Assembly (NCBI GenBank): GCA_009786125.1
Contig: WQTU01000137.1
Coordinates: 1,387 to 65,386, forward strand
Direction: 5' to 3'
Origin: Spirochaetota bacterium
GTDB lineage: Bacteria > Spirochaetota > Spirochaetia > CADAEX01
Length of the DNA stretch: 64,000 nucleotides
In this document: one piece after another, positions 9,401 to 17,155 of the stretch
Position numbering within the stretch: the first letter of the stretch is position 1
Layout: every line of letters begins with the position of its first letter
Program-made: the position numbers and the translations under genes
Notes under the pieces: generated by a model
Seen by the model: only the letters and a program-made list of their open reading frames with translations
Databases searched by the model: none
Told to the model about the DNA's origin: nothing

Positions 9401-10781
9401 GCGCTCGGTATATGCTCATTCACTAAGCTGGACACTCGATAATCTTGGAGTACCCTATACACTTGCGTCGTCCAGAAGTGAATTCTACGATGCACTGGAA
9501 GACAAGCAATATTTATTTATTTTTATACCATCATTTCTGTTTGATTTTGAAAACAAAAAAATTAAAAAACTTGAATTAAGGTCAAAAATAGTTTTGATGA
9601 CAGAGTTACACGATTTTACTTATGAAAAAAACACTCAGACGCTTTTAATGCCGGCTTATTCGCTTACGGTTGCAAATGTGCTGAACAATATAGTTGATAA
9701 CATACATTATGATTCAAAACCAGGAGTTGGAACAGCGTTTATAGCTCCGAGTGCAAAAGTGCTGATTGTAGATGATATTAATACAAATCTTGCTGTAGCC
9801 GAAGGTCTTATGTCGTCGTATGAGATGCAGATTGATACTTGCAGGTCAGGAATGGAAGCTATAGCAATGATTGAAAAGAACATATATGACATTGTATTTA
9901 TGGATCATGCAATGCCCGGAATGGACGGAATAGAGGCTGCCGGCAAAATACGCTCTTTGGGAGGCGGTGATAACCATTACTATAAAAACTTGCCGATTAT
10001 CGCATTAACTGCCAATGTTGTTTCCGGTATGCGTGAAATGTTTATACTGAATGATATGAATGACTTCTTGCCGAAACCAATTGATATATTGAAACTAAAC
10101 GAAATATTTAAAAAATGGATTCCCAAAGAGAAGCAAGTTAAAAAAGAAAAACTCATTGAAAATAAAAATACAGCTAATCCTATGACAATAAAAATCAAGG
10201 GAGTAGATACACAAACCGGGTTTGCGATGAGCGGTTACAGGATGGGAAATTATTTAAAGACACTTGATATTTTTTCCAAAGACATATTGGAAAAAATATC
10301 AGAGATCAGGAAGTCTTTGCAGGAAAATGATATTAGGTTGTATACAATACTTGTTCACGCATTAAAGAGCGCTTCTTCTAATATTGGCGCAAAAAAAGTA
10401 TCTAATTTAGCAAAGACTCTGGAAGAAGCCGGGAAAAAAGGTTCTTCCTTGTTTATTATGGAGCATAACGATAATTTTCTGGCAGAACTGGAAAAGCTGC
10501 GCAAAAACATACAAACCGCACTTAAAAACGAATCTGACGAATTTGACGAAGAAAAAGAAATAACCATAGAAGATATGGAATTCCTCAAAGAAGAATTCAT
10601 CGGGCTTAAAAATGCCATAGAAAATATGAATGCCAAAGAAATCAATGATATTTTATGCAGAATAGAAGTAAAAAAATGGAACTCGAAAATAAATATCATG
10701 ATTAGTGATATATCGCAGGCTATTCTGATATACGAATACGATAAAGCAATAGAAATAATTGACAACTTTAACACTGAATAA
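6414..10781 (+). CDS. BvgS/EvgS-type hybrid sensor histidine kinase. Domain order: two periplasmic family-3 solute-binding (VFT) domains, TM, PAS, HisKA, HATPase, pseudo-receiver, receiver, Hpt.
   Basis: HisKA HMSHEIRTPMN, HATPase N/G boxes (NLITNAIKYT, DSGIGI, GTGLGLAI), REC (LIVDDINTNL...FMDHAMPGMDG...ALTANV), Hpt (LVHALKSASSNIGA). Start set at ATG 6414, overlapping the upstream stop as ATGAATAG. The ORF-track start 6351 lies inside the upstream gene. The true start could be further downstream because a GC-rich repeat covers 6441-6530. Confidence 0.82.
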   Translation: MNSIVKQTKGSLCACFARIPICLQRNTRRWRRVQSLLCGFICLIFLTIIIFTITGCFKKSKRPEFDINSVKSYRDVPFITDREIDLIEALKATRTSFSVGHLATKESHGFTLPGNTHPGFTAMLCELLSVLFGIQFYPVSYDWEFLRSGVDRREIDFTIELTPTSHRMMYRYFMTFPFAQRSLGVYTYNCGNPERIPVQIRSKYDLNNLKIGFLEETTALQIVQESYSGLVFEVMEFRNFLALNNALESGLIDAYIVDDIDYIAIKENNYITVTRNILPLAHIPVALATANPELEPIIMILNKYISNGGVAKIYELYKINVFKHRQYELLNSFSPEEIDYLNNLVANNPKVRIALEHDNYPISFYNRNEREFQGIVPDILTEITLLTGIKFDIVTDRNTKYSEMLEMLRNGTASVISEMPCTEAAEENFLRAAIPYAISYHALLSRLDFPDLEKFQVIQKIVGIKRGTAFESTYTSLFPHNNNVMLFNSYTEAKDALIKGRVGLLKSSTFGLLAIANYRENPYYKINILFNTLPKRSYFGFNKNEDILRSIFCKTQAFIQVDRIERAWVNRTFDYSRRLAHERLIYVSSFSIVTFLILVLLIILFINNFRLQKNYKQQAAIISGIFNSIPDSIYCKDINFTYTNCNYSFEKFLRCDKSKIIGKTTFDFDVINNNANLFIEGEKKVLEENKTVISEGWFVSPDKARKFYEVIKTPLIHKGEFSGILGIIRDITAHEEAKEVAHSASRAKSVFLAHMSHEIRTPMNVILGMSELVLKENISGKVYEYTKLVKQASNNMLTIINDILDFSKIETGKVDIVIAEFDLPPFINDVISIAKAKISEKPIFLTANVDCNIPYRMYGDIVRTKQILLNLITNAIKYTNRGFVSINAIYYMKDDIPVVKIEVADSGIGIKKENIEKLFDRFTRFDADKTATIEGTGLGLAITKKLCEALGSKISVKSEYDIGSTFTVAFYPKVSQYKKLAEVTNPEEKPVLLYEPRSVYAHSLSWTLDNLGVPYTLASSRSEFYDALEDKQYLFIFIPSFLFDFENKKIKKLELRSKIVLMTELHDFTYEKNTQTLLMPAYSLTVANVLNNIVDNIHYDSKPGVGTAFIAPSAKVLIVDDINTNLAVAEGLMSSYEMQIDTCRSGMEAIAMIEKNIYDIVFMDHAMPGMDGIEAAGKIRSLGGGDNHYYKNLPIIALTANVVSGMREMFILNDMNDFLPKPIDILKLNEIFKKWIPKEKQVKKEKLIENKNTANPMTIKIKGVDTQTGFAMSGYRMGNYLKTLDIFSKDILEKISEIRKSLQENDIRLYTILVHALKSASSNIGAKKVSNLAKTLEEAGKKGSSLFIMEHNDNFLAELEKLRKNIQTALKNESDEFDEEKEITIEDMEFLKEEFIGLKNAIENMNAKEINDILCRIEVKKWNSKINIMISDISQAILIYEYDKAIEIIDNFNTE
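6441..6530. repeat. GC-rich multi-hairpin dispersed repeat, copy A
   Basis: 'cgctttgcgcgtgctttgcacgg...gcagagcttgctctgcgg' matches copy B ('cgttttgcgcgtgctttacacg...gcaagctttgcttgcccgcgg'). Local GC content far above the surroundings. Confidence 0.6.
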
Positions 10782-10810
10782 AGGGTATATACTTCGTGTT
10801 TGTCGCCTTA

Positions 10811-10996
10811 CTCGGTCATGCGCAAGCAGGCTTGCGCGCAACTCTCGTTTTGTCGACGAATACCGCAGGACAAACTTCCCGGCGCTCGTTTTGCGCGTGC
10901 TTTACACGTATCGCGACATTCATGCCGCAGCGCATGCCGCAACAGTCGGTCATGTGCAAGCTTTGCTTGCCCGCGGCACTCACTCCGTCGGCGAAT
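10811..10996. repeat. GC-rich multi-hairpin dispersed repeat, copy B (two tandem sub-copies plus an A-like segment)
   Basis: 10811 'ctcggtcatgcgcaagcaggcttgcgcgcaactctcgttttgtcgacgaata' and 10953 'gtcggtcatgtgcaagctttgcttgcccgcggcactcactccgtcggcgaata' are direct repeats. The first contains the palindrome gcgcaagc..gcttgcgc. Confidence 0.65.
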
Positions 10997-11007
10997 AAAG
11001 AAATTTA

Positions 11008-11409
11008 TTACTCTTTTTTAAGATCATGCAAAGAATCAAAAGGATAAAGCTCTTTTACCAAAAGCATTTTAAAATTTTTATCTTTTCCCGAGAAAAAAAC
11101 AGGAACACCAGCATCGCAAAATTCGCTGATAACCTGCCGGCACGCGCCGCACGGCGGAAGCGGAAACTCAGAATCAGGAGAAAAAATTGCAACAGCCGTA
11201 AAATCTTTTTTTCCGGAACCAATTGCATTGAAAACAGCAGACCTCTCGGCGCATATTGTAAGCCCGTATGACCTGTTTTCTACATTGCAGCCAAGAAAGA
11301 TTGAGCCGTCTTTACATTGAATGGCAGCCCCTACATGAAATTTAGAGTATGGCGCGTATGAAAACCCCGAAGCTTCAATTGCAGCTTCCTTGACTTTGGA
11401 ATAATCCAT
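11008..11409 (-). CDS. cdd: cytidine deaminase
   Basis: CAER and PCGACRQ zinc-binding motifs, 133 aa. Confidence 0.9.
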   Translation of the reverse strand: MDYSKVKEAAIEASGFSYAPYSKFHVGAAIQCKDGSIFLGCNVENRSYGLTICAERSAVFNAIGSGKKDFTAVAIFSPDSEFPLPPCGACRQVISEFCDAGVPVFFSGKDKNFKMLLVKELYPFDSLHDLKKE

Positions 11410-11466
11410 TTTATAATCCTTTAATAGCCGCTAAAGACAAAAACAGATCAATAACCATCATTTTAA

Positions 11467-11495
11467 TTGACACCTGCAAGTTGATTATATACAAT
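11467..11495 (+). promoter_or_regulatory. candidate sigma70 promoter, TTGACA-N17-TACAAT, for the 11527 gene
   Basis: TTGACA at 11467-11472, a 17-nt spacer, TACAAT at 11490-11495, about 30 nt upstream of the start. Confidence 0.45.
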
Positions 11496-11526
11496 ATAAA
11501 AGCAATTTTTACAAGAATAAAAAATT

Positions 11527-12579
11527 ATGAGAAAACGAAAAAAAATCATTGTATTGGCTTTAATATTTTTTTATATACTGATGGCTCCGGAAAAAGAGAA
11601 TTCTGTACTAAAAATTCTCCCTGCATGGGCATCCAGTCTTCAAGCAGAAGCAGATATTGATGAAACCACTTTGATTCCGTTTCGCTTGGGAAAAAACTTT
11701 GGGTATATATCAAGAGGCGGCAATATTTCTTTTATCAGCGAAATATTTCACAATGTAACACAAAGCAATAACTACTTTATAAATTATTCAGCAATTACAG
11801 ACAACCTTGTAATAAGAAGAAATAATGGAAATTTCGTAACAAATTTAACAACAAGCGGATTCCCGATTTTTATAAATGAGAGATTATTTGTTATTTCTGC
11901 TAATAGCAAGAAGATTTCGGAATGGAATATAGATGGCGAAAATCTTTTTTCATTTGAGCATGTATCGCAGCTAACCTCCCTTGATGCCGGCAAAGATACT
12001 ATTGTTGCCGGCTTTGTTGACGGAACTGTTGTTATAGCAGACAAAACAGGAAATACAGAAAAACTAATAATACCCAAATCAAGCAGGATTAATATTACTT
12101 ATGGGGTTGCGATTTCGGATAATTCCAATTTTGTAGCAATGATAACAGGTCTCGATCCACAATATATGATTATAATGCGAAAGAGACGTGGGCAATACGA
12201 AAAGTTTTTTAGTTATCAATTTGAAGAAAATTTAAGACACGCAAGATTTATTTCTTTTTTTAACAACGATAGATATCTCGCTTTTACAAGCGACAGAATA
12301 TTTTTTTGCTTTGATTTTTCCTCAAGGCAGCTCCATAGAATTGACCTTGCCGCAACTATTACAAATGTACACTATATCGATTCTTTAAACCTTTTTGCTG
12401 TTACAACCAGAAAAGAAAATGGAAAAACTGATTTTATTTTGATAGATCCAACTTGCAGCAAGCTTTATTCAAAAACAATAGTTGCAGATTTTAACTATAT
12501 TGGAAGCAGCGGAAACAAAGTATTCTTCGGCGCAGAGCAAACTATTTTTGCTGCTGAGTTTGTCAGAGAGGGTATATGA
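11527..12579 (+). CDS. secreted hypothetical protein (signal peptide; beta-propeller-like repeats)
   Basis: N-terminal MRKRKKIIVLALIFFYILMAP signal-like segment. Repetitive beta-strand-rich sequence. ATGA overlap with the downstream M23 peptidase. Confidence 0.6.
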   Translation: MRKRKKIIVLALIFFYILMAPEKENSVLKILPAWASSLQAEADIDETTLIPFRLGKNFGYISRGGNISFISEIFHNVTQSNNYFINYSAITDNLVIRRNNGNFVTNLTTSGFPIFINERLFVISANSKKISEWNIDGENLFSFEHVSQLTSLDAGKDTIVAGFVDGTVVIADKTGNTEKLIIPKSSRINITYGVAISDNSNFVAMITGLDPQYMIIMRKRRGQYEKFFSYQFEENLRHARFISFFNNDRYLAFTSDRIFFCFDFSSRQLHRIDLAATITNVHYIDSLNLFAVTTRKENGKTDFILIDPTCSKLYSKTIVADFNYIGSSGNKVFFGAEQTIFAAEFVREGI

Positions 12580-13457
12580 AAAAGATTTTTCTAATTTGTT
12601 TCTTTTTAAACACAGCTTTTCTGTTTTCCATGCAATGGCCGGTAGAAAATCCTGTAGTCAAGGCTAATTTTGGAGAAAAAAGAGGAAATTCCTTTAATAC
12701 CGGTATTAGTATCACAAGTGCAAACCCGAATGTTTTTGCAGTTGGCGATGGCGAAGTTATTTTTTATCAGAAAGAGAATAACCATTTCTCCGCCTTGCCA
12801 TCCGGACTTGGGAATTTTATTGTTATAGAACATGATATTTTTAGAACAGTCTATAGCCATCTTGACCATAACTTTGCGGGCAAAAAAAAAGTTAATGTAA
12901 CTGCAGGCGAAGTAATAGGTCAAATCGGAGACAGCGGCTCAAGCATTGGGCGTTATCTCCACATTGAGTTTGCAGACATGGAATTCGGCAAACTTATCAA
13001 TCCTCTTATCCTGTTTCCAGGTATTGCGGACAATACCAGACCTGTTATAAGAGAGGTATTTATAAAACGACACCAAGCAGGCGGAACAGAAGAGTATACT
13101 GTTTTAAGAAATAACGAAGAAATAGAAGCAGGGAAATATTACTTAAGCGCCATAATCTATGATATTAACAGAGGCATTAATTATTACAGGCAGGTAGCTC
13201 CTTATAGTATCAGAGTCAACATAAACGAAGAAGAAGCTCTGTCTATAGTGTATAACTCAATAAAAAAGAGCGGCAATTATTTGGTATTAACCAGCAACAA
13301 TAAAAGTGTTAGAGAGTTTTACATAGAGAATGGGAGCTGGAAAATAAATTTAGGTCAGTTTGATTTTCAGCCTGGCGCAATTAGGATAGAAATATTTGCA
13401 AGCGACTTTATGGGCAATGAAACTACCAGAGAATTCAGAATAATATCCTCAGGGTAA
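12576..13457 (+). CDS. M23 family metallopeptidase (LytM-like)
   Basis: Signal peptide. HxxxD (YSHLDH) and HxH (YLHIEF) M23 motifs, with GNFIVIEH between them. Confidence 0.82.
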   Translation: MKKIFLICFFLNTAFLFSMQWPVENPVVKANFGEKRGNSFNTGISITSANPNVFAVGDGEVIFYQKENNHFSALPSGLGNFIVIEHDIFRTVYSHLDHNFAGKKKVNVTAGEVIGQIGDSGSSIGRYLHIEFADMEFGKLINPLILFPGIADNTRPVIREVFIKRHQAGGTEEYTVLRNNEEIEAGKYYLSAIIYDINRGINYYRQVAPYSIRVNINEEEALSIVYNSIKKSGNYLVLTSNNKSVREFYIENGSWKINLGQFDFQPGAIRIEIFASDFMGNETTREFRIISSG

Positions 13458-13465
13458 AGATTCTT

Positions 13466-14326
13466 TTGAAAACTTATTCAAAAACATCCGGAAACGAAGA
13501 ACTCGGGAGTATCTGCTGTCCCATCTGCAGCAGCGGAGAAGAAAAACAAAGGCTCTTGTATAAATACGAAACTTTTGGCTTCAGGAAGTGCAAGGTATGC
13601 GATCTAGTGCTGCAAAACCCGCAGCCTGTCTTTAAAGATGTTTTCAACAGATACGACAAAGAATATTTTGAGTATGAGATAAAAAACGAAGAAGCTTTTT
13701 TCTCCCTGATGCTTATGGCGCTTTCGGACATAGGTTTTGATTCTCTTGACGTTGCCTTGGAAAAATCCGGGTTGCCAAAAAAAATTCTTGATATTGGCTG
13801 CGCAACAGGAAAATTTCTTTATGAATTTAAAAACAAAGGCTGGGATGTTGCAGGAATAGAAATCTGCAAAGAAGCAGCAGAATATGGAAATATTCACAGA
13901 AACGTTAGTATATACAATTGCACTCTCGAAGAAGCCTCCTTCCCGGAAAAAAGTTTTTCTGTTGTTCATGCTTCTCATTTAATCGAACACTTAAATGATC
14001 CAGTATCTTTTCTCAAAGAAGTATATAGAATATTGCATGACAAGGGATTTTTTATCGTTGTTACGCCAAATATTGATAGTTTTCAAAATTTTATTTTTAA
14101 ATCCTACTGGAGATCTGCAATTGCAGACCATCTGTTTTTATATTCCCTAAAAACACTAAAAAAAATATGTAATGATAATGGTTTTATCCTGATGAAAAAA
14201 GGAACCTGGGGCGGGATTCCTGTTGGCAAAGCCCCGGCTCCTATCAAAAAAATATTTGACAAAATAGCGAAAAAAACAGGATGCGGCGATGTAATGGTTA
14301 TGCTTTTTAAAAAATCCCTCCCGTAA
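13466..14326 (+). CDS. class I SAM-dependent methyltransferase with N-terminal Zn-ribbon
   Basis: CPICSS...CKVCDL zinc ribbon. Motif I ILDIGCATGKF. TTG start. Confidence 0.75.
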   Translation: MKTYSKTSGNEELGSICCPICSSGEEKQRLLYKYETFGFRKCKVCDLVLQNPQPVFKDVFNRYDKEYFEYEIKNEEAFFSLMLMALSDIGFDSLDVALEKSGLPKKILDIGCATGKFLYEFKNKGWDVAGIEICKEAAEYGNIHRNVSIYNCTLEEASFPEKSFSVVHASHLIEHLNDPVSFLKEVYRILHDKGFFIVVTPNIDSFQNFIFKSYWRSAIADHLFLYSLKTLKKICNDNGFILMKKGTWGGIPVGKAPAPIKKIFDKIAKKTGCGDVMVMLFKKSLP

Positions 14327-14381
14327 GTACCGGAAGCTGACACGCTTTTTTACCAGATTCTTTTTGAAGCAATTCCTGCTA

Positions 14382-14410
14382 TTGACAACAAAAAACTATT
14401 TATATACGAT
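14382..14410 (+). promoter_or_regulatory. candidate sigma70 promoter, TTGACA-N17-TACGAT
   Basis: TTGACA at 14382-14387, a 17-nt spacer, TACGAT at 14405-14410, upstream of the 14433 start (RBS gggggaggg). Confidence 0.4.
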
Positions 14411-14432
14411 GTCTTAGTAGTTAGGGGGAGGG

Positions 14433-15200
14433 ATGACAAGGGACAGACTCCAATCATTATCTTATTCTTCGCTTAAAGAGATTGCAAAAAAAGAAGGGAT
14501 TGCCAATTACCAAAATCTTCCTGTAGCTAAACTTATAGAAGCAGTTATAGAAGCGCTTGAAGAAGATAGGAATGAGAGAATAACATTAAACAATATTATA
14601 ATACGAGGCGAAGAAAAAAAATTCGATATATTTCGGGACGAAGAAATCGTATCCAGGGATACTGTTGATTATATTATACCCGAAACATATAATGAATCAA
14701 AAGTTCACTTAATGCTAATTGAGCCGCTTCTTGCTTATGCTTATTGGGACTTTTCCGAAAAAGACCGTGCAATTTATGCAACTATAACAAAGCCGGAAAA
14801 ACTTTTTTTAAGAGTTTACGAAGGTCTTGAAATAGGAGGAAAAGCCCCATCAGTTTTTTTTGATATTCCCATAGAAATAAAAGATGAAAACTGGTATATA
14901 AATCTGCCTCACAAGAGCACCTCTTACTATATAAAAATAATTCTTCTTGCGCCTGACGAAGAAAAGGTGTTGTGCACTTCAAATGTAATAACCAGCCCAC
15001 CAAAGACAATAGAAGATGTGAACGAGAGCATAGATTACGATCTTTCAAATGAAGATATGCAACTGCTGGCAGGATTTTATAAGTTTGATGTTGAAGAAGA
15101 TACGCCCCGGGATGCAATACCTCAGAGAATTATCTCTTTTACAGATGAAAAATATCTTAATGACAGTGATTTTGAAAAAAAATCAGAGGAGGATGCGTAG
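14433..15200 (+). CDS. DUF4912-like protein (Rho_N/SAP-like N-terminal motif), usual partner of GH57 enzymes
   Basis: N-terminal L.SLSYSSLKEIAKKEGI motif. Directly precedes the GH57 gene. Confidence 0.55.
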   Translation: MTRDRLQSLSYSSLKEIAKKEGIANYQNLPVAKLIEAVIEALEEDRNERITLNNIIIRGEEKKFDIFRDEEIVSRDTVDYIIPETYNESKVHLMLIEPLLAYAYWDFSEKDRAIYATITKPEKLFLRVYEGLEIGGKAPSVFFDIPIEIKDENWYINLPHKSTSYYIKIILLAPDEEKVLCTSNVITSPPKTIEDVNESIDYDLSNEDMQLLAGFYKFDVEEDTPRDAIPQRIISFTDEKYLNDSDFEKKSEEDA

Positions 15201-15203
15201 GCT

Positions 15204-16790
15204 ATGCAAGGCGGATACTTAATGTTTGTTTTTAATGCGCATCTCCCTTTTATAAGGCACCCTAATCATGAAAAATTTATACAAGAAACGTGGCTTAACG
15301 AGGCAATTTCCGAGACATATTTACCCATGTTAAGAGTTCTCAATGCTCTTGATAATGATAATGTCTCTTTTTGTATTACAATTTCCATTTCACCTACACT
15401 TGCCGCAATGCTTTCGGACGAACTTCTTCAGGAAAGATATATTAAATATCTGCAGGACAGAATTGAGCTTGGGGAAAAAGAGATAAAAAGAACCATGTTT
15501 GATCCTGTTTTTAACAAGCTGGCAAAAATGTATCATGCTGCCAATGAATTAAATTATCATGATTTTGTTGATATTTATAAATGCAATATTCTAAAAGGAT
15601 TTAAAGAGCTCGAAAAAAAAGGAAAGCTTAGAATAATTACCACTGCCGCAACACACGCATTTTTGCCATTTTATATGGCTTATCCCAATGTGCTTGAAGC
15701 GCAGGTTCAAACATCTGTAATTTCGCACAGCAGAATTTTCGGTAAAGAGCCCAGCGGCTTTTTTCTTCCGGAATTAGCCTATGCTCCCGGACTGGAAAAA
15801 ATCCTTAAAGCAAATAATATAAAATATTTTTTTACAGCAGCGCATTCATTTCTGCTCTCCGAAGAGCTGCCAAAATATGGTGTTTATGCACCTGTTTCCC
15901 CGGAGCCAGGCATAAATGCATTTTGCAGGGATATAAAGTCTTCAAATGTAATTTGGTCATTCGACGAGGGGTACCCCGGAAACCATGCTTACAGGGAGTA
16001 TTACAGAGATATTGGATTTGAGATGACAGAAAAATATCTTGGAAACTTTATCTATGAAGATGACAGAAGAGTAAGCACCGGGTTTAAATATTATGCAAAT
16101 ACCGGTAAACCTAAGGAAGAAAAAAAAATATATGACTCCTCTGCGGCTGAGATAAAGATAAATGAACATGCAGCAAATTTTATTTATAATCAGATTAAAC
16201 ATATAAAAAGACTTAAAAAACATATGGATAGACCGCCGTTGATTGCCTGCTTTTGCGAAGCTCAGATTTTTGGTCATTGGTGGTACGAAGGAATTTCATG
16301 GCTTGAAAAAGTATTGCGCCTTGCAGCAGAGAAAAAAGATGAAATTTTAACCATATCTGCAGATACTTATTTGGAAAAGTATCCGGAAAACACCAGGCAT
16401 AAACTTTCATTTTCGAGCTGGGGAAATAATGGCTATGCTAATCTTTGGTGCAGCGGAAGCAACCACTGGGTTTACAAGCATATCCATACGATTGTAGAAA
16501 AAATGACAGAGCTTGTAAGAAGATTTCCCGATGAAACCGGATTAAAGCAGAGAGTATTAAACCAGGCAGCAAGAGAGATTCTGCTCTCCCAAAGTTCAGA
16601 CTGGCCTTTTATAATAAAAACCGGGATCGCCAAGCCTTATGCAGAAAAGCGGGTAAAAGAGCATGTTCATAATTTTCTTACGATTTATGATAATCTGTGC
16701 AGAAACACAGTAGATACAGAATGGCTTACCGACATAGAAAAAAAGAACAATCTTTTTCCTGATATCGATTACAGAATTTTTATGGCCTAA
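15204..16790 (+). CDS. glycoside hydrolase family 57 (DUF1957) 1,4-alpha-glucan branching enzyme-like protein
   Basis: N-terminal F.FNAHLPFIRHP....ETWLNEAISETYLPMLRVLNAL, the GH57 hallmark (LHAHLPYVR...EA..ETYLPL). Confidence 0.82.
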   Translation: MQGGYLMFVFNAHLPFIRHPNHEKFIQETWLNEAISETYLPMLRVLNALDNDNVSFCITISISPTLAAMLSDELLQERYIKYLQDRIELGEKEIKRTMFDPVFNKLAKMYHAANELNYHDFVDIYKCNILKGFKELEKKGKLRIITTAATHAFLPFYMAYPNVLEAQVQTSVISHSRIFGKEPSGFFLPELAYAPGLEKILKANNIKYFFTAAHSFLLSEELPKYGVYAPVSPEPGINAFCRDIKSSNVIWSFDEGYPGNHAYREYYRDIGFEMTEKYLGNFIYEDDRRVSTGFKYYANTGKPKEEKKIYDSSAAEIKINEHAANFIYNQIKHIKRLKKHMDRPPLIACFCEAQIFGHWWYEGISWLEKVLRLAAEKKDEILTISADTYLEKYPENTRHKLSFSSWGNNGYANLWCSGSNHWVYKHIHTIVEKMTELVRRFPDETGLKQRVLNQAAREILLSQSSDWPFIIKTGIAKPYAEKRVKEHVHNFLTIYDNLCRNTVDTEWLTDIEKKNNLFPDIDYRIFMA

Positions 16791-16861
16791 TTTCGCATGC
16801 AAAGTGAAAACCCCGCAAATTCCACAAGTTACAAATCATTGGTCAGTTTTTTGAGCAAATT

Positions 16862-17155
16862 CTATTGCCGAACCATCTCCTGGAGTTCGGCGACTGTGAG
16901 TTGCTGAAGAAAAAAAGAGGTGATAACTTCGTTTCTGGTCTCTTGCGTACTTTTTCTGTAGACCCTGTACGCTATCATTTTTGAAGTAGCGACAGGCAAA
17001 CGAAGGGGATACCCGTTTATATCAACAATTTGATTTATATAAAGGCTATGGGATATTTCCTGCCTGTCCCCTTCGGGGAAAACTATCTCGCGGACATCAT
17101 ATTTCATCAGTATATAATAAAGGGTATTATACCGCAGGGCAAGCCCTGCCCCCAC
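16862..17155 (-). CDS. small hypothetical ORF (doubtful)
   Basis: 97-aa ORF convergent to the GH57 gene. Its GTG start lies inside GC-rich repeat copy C. No motif. Confidence 0.22.
   Translation of the reverse strand: MGAGLALRYNTLYYILMKYDVREIVFPEGDRQEISHSLYINQIVDINGYPLRLPVATSKMIAYRVYRKSTQETRNEVITSFFLQQLTVAELQEMVRQ

Noticed and set aside
10759-11047. Three overlapping 73-83-aa plus-strand ORFs (Arg/Cys/Ala-rich)
   Set aside because: They are translations of the GC-rich repeat copy B in the kinase-cdd intergenic gap. No RBS. Composition artefact.
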